NCBI GenBank assembly: GCA_039811685.1
Contig: JBDHZC010000004.1
Span: 256,001-320,000 of the forward strand
Direction of reading: 5' to 3'
DNA from: Armatimonadota bacterium
GTDB lineage: Bacteria; Armatimonadota; UBA5829; DSUL01
DNA: 64,000 nt
The notes under the pieces are model-generated. The model searched no databases and was not told where the DNA came from. It saw only the letters and a list, made by a program, of their open reading frames with translations. Made by a program: the position numbers and the translations under genes. Below, in pieces: positions 37,713 through 46,744 of the stretch (positions within the stretch are counted from its first letter, which is position 1; each line of letters starts with the position of its first letter).

Positions 37713-40052
37713 CTACGGTTCTACGGTAATGTCCGAGCTTCCGCGAGGTCTGATGATCGGAGCCACCTTGCCCTCGATCATCTTGAGACTGGACACGCCT
37801 GTAACCGTGACATACTCTCCGATGTTGGGAGATGTCATGGTCTGCGTCATCTCAACACGCAGACCTGTGAAGTTCAGGAAGTTGCCATCAAACAGATTTC
37901 CGCCATCATTCAGATAGATGTAGGGAATTCCGTCGTCTCCATAAAGGCTGGCTGTTACCTGTCCGGTTGAGCGCACAAGCAGTGCCACATTGTTCACGCC
38001 CTGTCCATTGGTTGCGCCGGGCGTATCGCCAAGCGAGGCCCCCGCGACTGTTTTGTTTGTCATCACCAGCGCATTGGGAATGGAACTCGCGCCTCCAGGA
38101 GTGATCGTACTGGCAATCAGCGCCCGCTCATTGTGCGCCCGTGCCAGAAGACCCGTCACTGTCACCTTCTGTCCGGTCTGCAGTCCCTGAGTGGAGCCAC
38201 TTACTAGAATTCCGCTGATGTTACCGGGCAGCCCGTCCTGAATATAGAACTGGCTCTGGTCATCAAACACCGCCGTGACTGTGGAGGTTATCTGGACACC
38301 CGTGCCGTCTGGAAGCTGCTTCAGAGCCGAGATGCTGGCCACGGGGTTGTAACTGATTCCGGTAACTGTGTACGAGCCATACTGCAGACCCGGGGCTTTT
38401 GAGCCACCGAAGTTCACAGGTGGGTCGCCCAGATTTGCGAAGTAGCCTCCCAGACCTGGGAGCGTCTGGTTGGAGAAGTAGCCGTGATTGCCTGTGATGA
38501 CCACCATATACTTGATTACGGATGACCCCAGACCGATGTCAGTGAAGGGAATGGACATCTCCAGTCCTGTATCTGCTGTCTGCGCATCGGCCTCATTCTC
38601 CGCGGGAGTCTTGTTGTTGTCGTCTGTGACACCCAGTGCGTTCGTGTTGTTGAACGCTGCCAGCGCGCCGTGCGGGTTGTCTCCGTCCGTCAGGGTGCCA
38701 TCACCGGAGTCTACCACGGACTTGCCCAGATAGCGGCTGACGTTTGACCGGAAGTCGTACAGGTTGACGTACGCCATCTTCTGCCCATTGTCGTCCCCGA
38801 TATTCACCAGAATTGCGTGCGTGGGACTAAAGCCGACATCGAAAGACGTGCCGTTTAGCGCGTTCATGATGCCGGAGGGAGGCCCCGCGTCCGGTGGCGT
38901 GCTGATTCCGGAATCAGGAACTCCATCGGGCCCTGTCTCAAGAAAGACAATGTAGTAGTTACCGTTGCCTTCAAGATTGCCCGCAATCCCAATGTTCAGG
39001 TTCGCCGAGGTGTTGGACAAATACAGCGCGTCCAGCTCCGATCCGTTTGTCGGGGGTGTTCCGGTACCTGATCCATTGCCGAAGCCTGTATAGTTGTTCT
39101 GTGTTGCTACAAGGCTGCCGGTGGGCGAGTCAAGAGGGATGTTGTTCCCGTCCTGAGCGCCATTGGCGTTCTTGATCTGCGACAGGTCAACCGTTGCGTA
39201 CTGGTTTCCGGGCGCCACAGAAGGAGAAGACAGGTCTTTGGGCGGGTTTCCCAGATTTCCAAGTTGACCGCTTCCGCCAATTCCTGGCAGAAACTGATTG
39301 GAGTAGTACCCGCCGCCACCAGTCAGCACGACCATGATCTTGGCTTGAGAGATGTACTGATCTATGCCCAGATCCGCAAAGCTAACCAACAGCTCCGCGC
39401 CTTTGAGCGCAGTAGCAGCGTCAGCTTGGACTTGCTCCGGCGTCTGGGTCGGCCCTGGCGGATCGCCTTGAACGCCTGCCGAGTTGGAGTTGTCAAAACC
39501 AAGAGAGCTTCCGTTTGGATTGTCGCTGCTCGCGCCACCCAGGACTCCCCCTGTTCCCAATGAGACAAATCCTAGGTAGCGGGACGTGTTGGTCTGCAGA
39601 TTCACCAGATCTACGTATACGTTGCTTCCGCCGCCAGTGTTCATGACGATGGCGTAATCGGGCTCAAATCCTTCGTCGAACTTCGTACCCGCTTGTCCTG
39701 TAAGAGCTCCGGGCCCGGCGTTGGTGTCGAGGACATTCTCTCCGCCAGAGGTGACATCCAGAAAGATAACCCATGCGTTTCCGTTGGTCTCAATGTTACC
39801 TGTGATGTTGATCCCCAGCGCGGATTGGGTCTTGTATACGAAGAGCTGATCCAGCTCTGAACCGGGCACGAAGTTACCTGTCCCGGGCCGCGTATCCCCA
39901 AACCCGGTATGGTTGTTTTGCACCTGCATCAGCGCAGCGCACCCGTTCAACCCGCCGGAGCAGAAGTCGCTTCTAATGTTCGTGCCATCAACGGCTGCCC
40001 GCGCTGAAAATGGCGCGAGCAGCACAAGTGATATGGCGAGGAGATTCTTCAT
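37713..40052 (-). CDS. Secreted protein with two tandem ~270 aa DOMON/CBM9-like modules plus shared C-terminal domain
   Basis: Signal peptide; repeated QNNxTGFG...GSELD...GNxExNGN..IFL...NxNxxGV...GYxSNQxLPG...NLGxPP; RBS GGAGG. Confidence 0.8.
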   Translation of the reverse strand: MKNLLAISLVLLAPFSARAAVDGTNIRSDFCSGGLNGCAALMQVQNNHTGFGDTRPGTGNFVPGSELDQLFVYKTQSALGINITGNIETNGNAWVIFLDVTSGGENVLDTNAGPGALTGQAGTKFDEGFEPDYAIVMNTGGGSNVYVDLVNLQTNTSRYLGFVSLGTGGVLGGASSDNPNGSSLGFDNSNSAGVQGDPPGPTQTPEQVQADAATALKGAELLVSFADLGIDQYISQAKIMVVLTGGGGYYSNQFLPGIGGSGQLGNLGNPPKDLSSPSVAPGNQYATVDLSQIKNANGAQDGNNIPLDSPTGSLVATQNNYTGFGNGSGTGTPPTNGSELDALYLSNTSANLNIGIAGNLEGNGNYYIVFLETGPDGVPDSGISTPPDAGPPSGIMNALNGTSFDVGFSPTHAILVNIGDDNGQKMAYVNLYDFRSNVSRYLGKSVVDSGDGTLTDGDNPHGALAAFNNTNALGVTDDNNKTPAENEADAQTADTGLEMSIPFTDIGLGSSVIKYMVVITGNHGYFSNQTLPGLGGYFANLGDPPVNFGGSKAPGLQYGSYTVTGISYNPVASISALKQLPDGTGVQITSTVTAVFDDQSQFYIQDGLPGNISGILVSGSTQGLQTGQKVTVTGLLARAHNERALIASTITPGGASSIPNALVMTNKTVAGASLGDTPGATNGQGVNNVALLVRSTGQVTASLYGDDGIPYIYLNDGGNLFDGNFLNFTGLRVEMTQTMTSPNIGEYVTVTGVSSLKMIEGKVAPIIRPRGSSDITVEP

Positions 40053-40078
40053 TGCCGATCCTCCTTGCGGCCGCCACC

Positions 40079-40765
40079 TTAACGTCTACGGCGAATCAGC
40101 CCCCCAAAGCCTGCCAAGCCAGCGCCAAGCGCCAGCAGGCTTCCCGGCTCCGGAACTACGGACACTCGTATCGTCCCCTTCAGGGCGTCAACCTCGAACT
40201 GCGCCACCGGATTGGATGCCGTCGTCGTGAACTGCAGATTGTCAGCGTTAACTGAGCGATAGTCAGCGCCTATCGCGTCCCAGCTTCCTGTATTGACCGC
40301 TTTGTAGAGATAGACCCCCGGTGCGAGGGTCGTGCTGTAGGAGTAGATTCCGCCGCCTTGCGCTGTCATTGCGGTGCCAGCATTGTTGTTACTCCAACCC
40401 TGCCAGTCGCCAACGGCAGTCCATGCGCCCGGATCCACATTCACGCCAATACGGTTGACGGTGTTGACCCAGCCATCCCCGTAGGTGTTGGTGTCGAAAG
40501 TGACGGTTACGTCGCCGTTCGCGTCCGTGTACAGCCAGCTGTTGCCGCTGTTCGGGACATCCGTACCCCATGACCCTTGTGTCACCTTAAACTCATGCCG
40601 CCCGGCGCCGATGGCTGTCAGGTTAGCCTGGTAAACTCCGCCGCCCATGTCAGTCATCAGCGTGCCAGATGCGTTCCAGCCGTTGAAATCACCGGCAAGA
40701 TAATAATCAGCGCCAGCCGGCACAGCAAGAGCTACAACCGCAAGCGCCGCGATAAGTGTTTTCAT
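40079..40765 (-). CDS. PEP-CTERM protein with two X25/SusE-F-like starch-binding modules
   Basis: YYLAGDFNGWN...MTDMGGGVY...HEFKV and AVGDWQGWS...MTAQGGGIY...YLYKA; ends VPEPGSLLALGAGLAGFGGLIRRRR; RBS AAGGAG. Confidence 0.85.
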   Translation of the reverse strand: MKTLIAALAVVALAVPAGADYYLAGDFNGWNASGTLMTDMGGGVYQANLTAIGAGRHEFKVTQGSWGTDVPNSGNSWLYTDANGDVTVTFDTNTYGDGWVNTVNRIGVNVDPGAWTAVGDWQGWSNNNAGTAMTAQGGGIYSYSTTLAPGVYLYKAVNTGSWDAIGADYRSVNADNLQFTTTASNPVAQFEVDALKGTIRVSVVPEPGSLLALGAGLAGFGGLIRRRR

Positions 40766-40955
40766 CTGTCATTCTCCTTTGTTTTGACGTTCTTTGTCAG
40801 ATCGAGAAGCAGCCGGTTCGCTTGTACTGCGACCGCCACTATCCGATCCCTTTGTCTTCGTTGCGCAATTCACGAAGAATTGCGGACTATCAGCGCTTCA
40901 CCCTTCTCTACAGGGCAGCAGCTTAGTTGTGAATCAGTATATAGATTTGCATTTC

Positions 40956-40984
40956 ATTGTCAGGCATACAGTGTCTCTTGTCAA
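40956..40984 (-). promoter_or_regulatory. Sigma-70 promoter TTGACA-N17-GACAAT
   Basis: Consensus -35 with 17-nt spacer, about 190 nt upstream of ATG 40765. Confidence 0.65.
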
Positions 40985-41028
40985 CTGAAAGTTTGCAAAA
41001 TCGGTAACGCAACTACAGCAATCTATCT

Positions 41029-44000
41029 TTAGTCGATTACGGCGACGTCTGACGGAACGCGGGTGAGAATTCGCGGCCTGCTCTCACTCTTGATCTGCTC
41101 AACACTGCTGACCCCGCTTATCCTGACCACGCGGCCGACAGGCGGGATCACGAAGCTGCTATAGACCCGAATACCCCGAGTCGGGACGCCGCCCACTACA
41201 GAACCGTCACTCAGATGACTTCCGTCATCCACGTAGAAGAATGCGCCGGCAATGCTGTCTGTGCCCGTCGCTGTCACCCGTCCCCATGTCGAGACGTTCA
41301 AGCCCACATTCACGGGGCCGAGGCCGTCTATAACCCCCAGCGCTCCGCCTCCCGAAATCCCACCGAGGCTTGAGTTACCCATCTTCACCGGAATCGGAAC
41401 CGCAGCCGCGCCTCCAAGAGCCTGCGTCGTCGCGTACAGGACACGCTCGCCGTCCAGAGTGCTCAGAAAGCCACTGACGTTGACCTTCTGACCAATTTCC
41501 GCCAGCGTTCCCTGCCTGACCACGCGTATCCCCGCATACTCCTCCGGATCCTGAACGTAGTAACATCCAAGCGCTGAAAACGCACCGATCCCCGTCTGGT
41601 TCGTGAGCGTGACGGGGGCGCCATCGCTCAGAAGACGCGCCTGCGAAAGCGATGAAAACGTCTGATAGCTGATTCCGCTCAGAATGACGGAGACGTACTG
41701 GTTTCCCGCCACACGATTGAAGTCAATCGGCGCCATCCCCAGATTGACATATCCGCCGACAACCTGGCTCGAACTGATCCCCATCGAAGGAAGCGACTGG
41801 TTGGAGAAATATCCGCTCCCGCCAGTGATGCACGCCATCACCTTCACCGTTCCGCTCATCAGCTTCAGCGTGCTGAACGGCAGCTTCATCTCAATGCCCG
41901 TGGAGGCGGTATTCGCATCCTGCACGGTCGTCCCGGTTACACCGGCGGCGTTTCCGTTGTCAAAGGCCACGAGCTCGCCGTTCGGATGGTCGCCGCCTGT
42001 AAGCGCGCCGCTTCCGCTGTTGAAGACCCCGGAACCTAACGATGTCTGCGTGTTAGAACTCAGATCCACAAGGTCCACCGCAAACGCGCTGCCAGAAGTC
42101 GCTCTCACCGCAATCACCCATCGCGGAGCGAATCCCTCATCCATCTGCGTGCCCTGAATACCGCTGATCACCGGAGGCCCGGTGGTCGCGGATATAGGGT
42201 CCGGCGTCCCGCCTCCCGTATCCAGAAAGACCAGAAGCGCATTTCCGTTCGTCTCAAGGTTGCCCGTCGCTCCGAGGTATAGATTTGTCCCGTCATTGGT
42301 CACAAAGAGCTGATTCAGCTCCGAGCCGTTACCCGAGCCGTTGGAATCTCCAAACTGAGTCGGATTGATCTGGGTCGCCCGCAGCTTTCCGGCAAAGTCC
42401 GCGGGAATGTTTTCGCCGTCAATGACGATCTGGCCGCTCGGCGGAGGCCCGGACATGTTCGGAGGCGCCATCGAGCAACGTCCATCGCTGATAGGTCCCG
42501 TGGAGAGCGGATTCGGAAGATACGAGAAAATCACCGTAGAGCGCGCGGGAACCGTGACGCTGGCCGTCCCGTTGCTGACATTGATCGCACTGGTCAGGCC
42601 GAGAACATCGGCGTAGCTTCCATTCGGAAACGGAATAGCGGATACGTTGACGGTCCGGCTCTGCCATCCGTTGTTCACACCCACGAGCACGGCTGAGCCC
42701 GCCGCCTGTCTTGAGAAAATGAACAGCCCGGAGTCTATCCAGCGCTCAACAATATCCCCGTACTGCACCGCAGGGCTTACACGCCGCAAATCTGACGCCT
42801 TTTTCAGCACCTGCCCCGCCAGCGTGCTCGTGTCAAACGAGGTCATCATCGGGCGGTTGTACGGATCACCGCCGGCCACCCCGTTGATGTTCACAGTATC
42901 GTTGTAGAGGTACTGCTCTGTGCCGTAGAACACCATCGGAATGCCGGGGACCATCTCGAGCAGCCCAAGCGCCATAGCGATGCGCTGATGAACTTCGCTG
43001 GCGTTGTTGTACTTCTGCATCAGCGGGACGATCAGCCGCTGCGTATCCTGTGAGTCGAAGAAGTTCACCTGCCAGTGGACGTTTTGCCCGCCGCTTCCGT
43101 CGGTTCCGTAAGCTCCCTGGCGCGCGTTCAGCGTGTCCCGCAGGTCGTACATAGACTTCCACTCACCAGTAACGCCGCGAAGCTGCTCCTCAAGCTGAAA
43201 GTCAAATTGAGCCGTTCCCGCCGTGGATGTCCACCACAGGGACTCGCTGTTCCACGCGCCACCGCTGTACCACTCGCCGACGGCATAAGTTCCGGGCTTG
43301 CCAAGCCATCCGGCCACCTGGTTCACCGCGTCCATCCACTCCCGTCCGCGCGAAGGCTCGAAGTGCTTGGCGGCATCCAGCCGGAAGCAGTCCACGCCGT
43401 GGTACTGCCACAGCGCCGCACCCTGCTTCAGATAGTCCATCACGTTCGGGTTGTCCTGATTCAGATCCGCCAGTCCGAAGATGTCCTTGTTGACCTGATC
43501 CCAGTAGGTGAAATTGTTCCAGTCAATGGGGCCGTTGTGGTGAAACCAGGCGTCCGTGTCCTGCGTGTAGCGCGCGACAACCACTCCGTCTTTTTTCAGC
43601 AGACACTGACTTCCGTTCGGGCTTCCCGCGCTTGTGGATGGTCCGGAGTTCAGACTGATATCCAGCATCATCTTCACGCCGCGCGCGTGCATATCGCACG
43701 TCAGGCCGTCCACGGTGGACCAGGAGCCGTGATGTGGATCCACCCGGAACAAATCCTGCATCTGATAGCCGTGATACGTTCCGATCACCGGGGCGTTCTG
43801 GTACACCGGCGTCACCCAGACGGTTGTCGCGCCGACAGCCTGAAGGTAATCCAGCTTCTGCTTCACACCCGCCAGATCTCCGCCCCAGAACTTCTGCCAA
43901 TCTGTCCTGGTGTTGTCGTACAGCCCTGGCACGACTGCTGTATTGTTCGTGGGATCACCATCGGCGAAGCGGTCCGGCACTATCAGATAAATGGTGTCGC

Positions 44001-44103
44001 CGCGCATCTCTAACCCACTTGCGCGTGCGCATACTGTTAGCTGTAGAGCCAACAGCGAGAAAAGCAGCACCGTTGTTCGTATAAGCAGGTTCTGAGCTCG
44101 CAT
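41029..44103 (-). CDS. Secreted GH13 alpha-amylase/CGTase-like enzyme with DOMON-like module and shared C-terminal domain
   Basis: IYLIVPDRFADGD, GGDLAGV, YHGY, FRLDAAKH, GEW, FFDSQD, DPYNRPMM, AVQYG. Confidence 0.92.
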   Translation of the reverse strand: MRAQNLLIRTTVLLFSLLALQLTVCARASGLEMRGDTIYLIVPDRFADGDPTNNTAVVPGLYDNTRTDWQKFWGGDLAGVKQKLDYLQAVGATTVWVTPVYQNAPVIGTYHGYQMQDLFRVDPHHGSWSTVDGLTCDMHARGVKMMLDISLNSGPSTSAGSPNGSQCLLKKDGVVVARYTQDTDAWFHHNGPIDWNNFTYWDQVNKDIFGLADLNQDNPNVMDYLKQGAALWQYHGVDCFRLDAAKHFEPSRGREWMDAVNQVAGWLGKPGTYAVGEWYSGGAWNSESLWWTSTAGTAQFDFQLEEQLRGVTGEWKSMYDLRDTLNARQGAYGTDGSGGQNVHWQVNFFDSQDTQRLIVPLMQKYNNASEVHQRIAMALGLLEMVPGIPMVFYGTEQYLYNDTVNINGVAGGDPYNRPMMTSFDTSTLAGQVLKKASDLRRVSPAVQYGDIVERWIDSGLFIFSRQAAGSAVLVGVNNGWQSRTVNVSAIPFPNGSYADVLGLTSAINVSNGTASVTVPARSTVIFSYLPNPLSTGPISDGRCSMAPPNMSGPPPSGQIVIDGENIPADFAGKLRATQINPTQFGDSNGSGNGSELNQLFVTNDGTNLYLGATGNLETNGNALLVFLDTGGGTPDPISATTGPPVISGIQGTQMDEGFAPRWVIAVRATSGSAFAVDLVDLSSNTQTSLGSGVFNSGSGALTGGDHPNGELVAFDNGNAAGVTGTTVQDANTASTGIEMKLPFSTLKLMSGTVKVMACITGGSGYFSNQSLPSMGISSSQVVGGYVNLGMAPIDFNRVAGNQYVSVILSGISYQTFSSLSQARLLSDGAPVTLTNQTGIGAFSALGCYYVQDPEEYAGIRVVRQGTLAEIGQKVNVSGFLSTLDGERVLYATTQALGGAAAVPIPVKMGNSSLGGISGGGALGVIDGLGPVNVGLNVSTWGRVTATGTDSIAGAFFYVDDGSHLSDGSVVGGVPTRGIRVYSSFVIPPVGRVVRISGVSSVEQIKSESRPRILTRVPSDVAVID

Positions 44104-44232
44104 GGACGGATGATTGATCCTGCCTGAAATGCCGAGTTATTGGCCTAGCTCAAGTGACCGGCGCGCGTTCGAGCCTGGCCTGGCTTCGCAAATGGACTTT
44201 GAAGCCATTGTGAGTCACCGGATGCCGCTCCA

Positions 44233-44241
44233 ATTATACCA
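44233..44241 (-). promoter_or_regulatory. Extended -10 promoter TGG-TATAAT (GH13 gene)
   Basis: Perfect TGnTATAAT about 130 nt upstream of ATG 44103. Confidence 0.6.
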
Positions 44242-44803
44242 CTGAGTCAAGCTCTCCGATGTCCGTAGAGGAGCCGAAGCCCGCGCGGGGCGCCCTGGTA
44301 AACTTGCGAGCGTGAGTAGCCGATACTGGGATGGCTGGCATTAAGTGTTCATACTTGTGCCGGCAAGATCATCTGGCCTGCTCCTGCGCGGTGTCGGCCT
44401 CAGCGCCTAACCCGGGAACCAGCCGGTAGCAACTGTTGTCAAAGACAATAGAGGAAACAGCTCGCAGGGGGTAAGCGGAAGTCAACTGGAGTGGCTATCC
44501 GAACGACAGATCACGGATACTCACGAAGTTGGCGATCGGTGAGCCGCAAGATGGGCTGTAGAGTGTGCAGAGCGCACATAACGACAGGAGCAGTACTTTT
44601 GTAATAGGCTGGGGGGGTGCAGTGGCACTGTTGACAAAAGGTGTCTATTGTGGTTCCTTATTATGGGGCCTTTGTGTGGGTTTTGAAGGCTTCTCAGGAG
44701 TCTATAAAGGCGTCTGGATGACAGAGGCGCCCCTGGCTGACGGACTCTTCCAGACGTCAGATTCACAGACCCTTTCTGTCAAATGTTCAGGGGGTAACCA
44801 AAC

Positions 44804-45574
44804 ATGACTATGCCTGTTTTCAGGCTTCGTGAGGCTCCGGCACGTACACCGGGCGCAACTCCTCTCAAGCGATCTGGCTTTACGCTTATCGAGCTTCTGG
44901 TGGTAATTGCTATCATCGCTATTCTGGCTGCGATTCTGTTTCCTGTCTTTGCACAGGCACGCGCGCGCGCGCAGGCGACAAACTGCCTGAACAATCTGAA
45001 GCAGCTTGCCTTGGCCTTTACTCAGTATTCTAACGACAACAAGGGGTGGTTTCCCCGTTCGCAGTCGTGGAACGGCGGCTACGGAAGTGTGAACTATACG
45101 GACTGGGCAGGCTGTCCCGGCACCGGTCTTCCGTTCAACGCTAACGATCTGCGTAAGTACAGCGCGATCTATCCTTATGTAAAGACGGCCGACATCTTCC
45201 ATTGTCCGACAGACAAGAACAAGCGCGCGGACATGGTCAACGGCTCTCCACGCGACTATCCGCTGAGCTACTCGGCAAACTCTCTGATGACAGACGGTAG
45301 CGCGAAGGTGGATTCGATGAACAACAACTCTTCACAGGTGATGTTGCTCATTCACGAAAACCGCTCCAGACTCGAGAGTGTGTCTGGAAGCATTGCCATC
45401 AACGACGGGCGTTTCCTTGGCGTGGGAATGGGTGGCGCTGACGAGCCGGCACAGCTCCACTATGAAGGCACACAAGTGGTCTATAGCGATGGCCACGCCG
45501 CCTATGGCAAGAGAGACAAACTGCTGCAAGACATGAAAGCTGGGAAGTGGAATCCAGGTAATGCTCCACTCTGA
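44804..45574 (+). CDS. Prepilin-type N-terminal cleavage/methylation protein with H-X9-DG motif (DUF1559-like)
   Basis: [57 protein letters not shown]. Confidence 0.95.
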   Translation: MTMPVFRLREAPARTPGATPLKRSGFTLIELLVVIAIIAILAAILFPVFAQARARAQATNCLNNLKQLALAFTQYSNDNKGWFPRSQSWNGGYGSVNYTDWAGCPGTGLPFNANDLRKYSAIYPYVKTADIFHCPTDKNKRADMVNGSPRDYPLSYSANSLMTDGSAKVDSMNNNSSQVMLLIHENRSRLESVSGSIAINDGRFLGVGMGGADEPAQLHYEGTQVVYSDGHAAYGKRDKLLQDMKAGKWNPGNAPL

Positions 45575-45595
45575 ATCAATCTGAAAGCTTAGCTC

Positions 45596-45632
45596 GAAGC
45601 GCCTCCGAATCGTCTGGTTCGGAGGCGTTTTT
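45596..45632 (+). terminator. Rho-independent terminator
   Basis: GCGCCTCCGAA...TTCGGAGGCGTTTTT. Confidence 0.8.
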
Positions 45633-45700
45633 GCGCGTATCGCGCAGGAATCTGAGGGCGTTTGCACTAACCGTACAAAAACAAGCAAGGGCGAAAAACG

Positions 45701-46492
45701 TTGAAACTAGTTCGGTACAGGTTGGGGGAATCGGTTTACTGCGGGATACAGCGCGGTGAAACGATCGCCCGAATCAAGGGCAGCTTTTTTGAGGGGATAA
45801 ATGAGACGGGAGAGCAGGACTGGCTGGATGAGGTGAGCCTGCTTGCGCCTGTCGAGCCTCCCAACATCATTTGCATCGGGCTCAACTACCGCAAGCACGC
45901 GGATGAGACTAACGCCAAGTACCCGTCCGCGCCCGTAATCTTCATAAAATCCACCAACACACTCCGGGGGCCCGATGACGACATTGTTCTTCCCTCCATC
46001 GCTCCAGGCGCCGTGGACTACGAGGCGGAGCTTGTTATTGTCATCGGCAGGCAGATGAAGAACGTTGCCGAAGAGAGCGCATTCGATTATGTCCTGGGCT
46101 ACACGTGCGCCAACGAAGTCAGCCAGCGCGACGTTCAGCTCAAGCAGGATGTCCAGTGGGCGCGTGGCAAGTCTTTCGACAGCTTTTTCCCGGTAGGGCC
46201 GTGTATTGAGACAGAGATGGACCCGGACAACGCTGACATCAGCCTTCGACTGAACGGGGGGACTATGCAGAGCTCTAACACGTCCGACATGATTTTCTCC
46301 TGCCGCCAGTTGCTTTCTTATATATCGCGCAACATGACTCTGTACCCGGGCACGCTCATCAGTACGGGTACGCCGGAAGGCGTCGGAATGGCGCGCTCGC
46401 CACAGAGATTTCTCAAACCTGGAGATGTCTGCGAAGTGGAGATAGAGGGCATCGGCGTTCTCAGGAACCCGGTGGCGCCCGAGGTGGTGTGA
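45701..46492 (+). CDS. Fumarylacetoacetate hydrolase family protein
   Basis: CIGLNYRKH, VDYEAEL, QWARGKSFD, STGTPEGVG. Confidence 0.95.
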   Translation: MKLVRYRLGESVYCGIQRGETIARIKGSFFEGINETGEQDWLDEVSLLAPVEPPNIICIGLNYRKHADETNAKYPSAPVIFIKSTNTLRGPDDDIVLPSIAPGAVDYEAELVIVIGRQMKNVAEESAFDYVLGYTCANEVSQRDVQLKQDVQWARGKSFDSFFPVGPCIETEMDPDNADISLRLNGGTMQSSNTSDMIFSCRQLLSYISRNMTLYPGTLISTGTPEGVGMARSPQRFLKPGDVCEVEIEGIGVLRNPVAPEVV

Positions 46493-46744
46493 GCAGCGCG
46501 GGTCGGTTAGTCCATGTTGCCGATTTGTGCCTGCAAGCCAAGGGTCGCGCGCAGTGATATACTTAGTCCAGATTTCGCGCGGTCTCGCCAGTCTCCTCAC
46601 GATCTCAGAAGTTGCTGGCTGTCGCGGCTAGCGCGTGAAGAAGCCGGTCCATTCTGGCGTGTCCCGCAGAGTCGCGTGCGACTGTCGTTACAAAGACGCT
46701 GCGGACAGTTGCAGAATGTTCGCGTTTTGGAAAGGATCTTCGTC

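Noticed and set aside
44631..44664. TTGACA upstream of the prepilin gene as a sigma-70 promoter
   Set aside because: The nearest good -10 (TATTAT) is 22 nt away, outside the normal 16-18 nt spacing.
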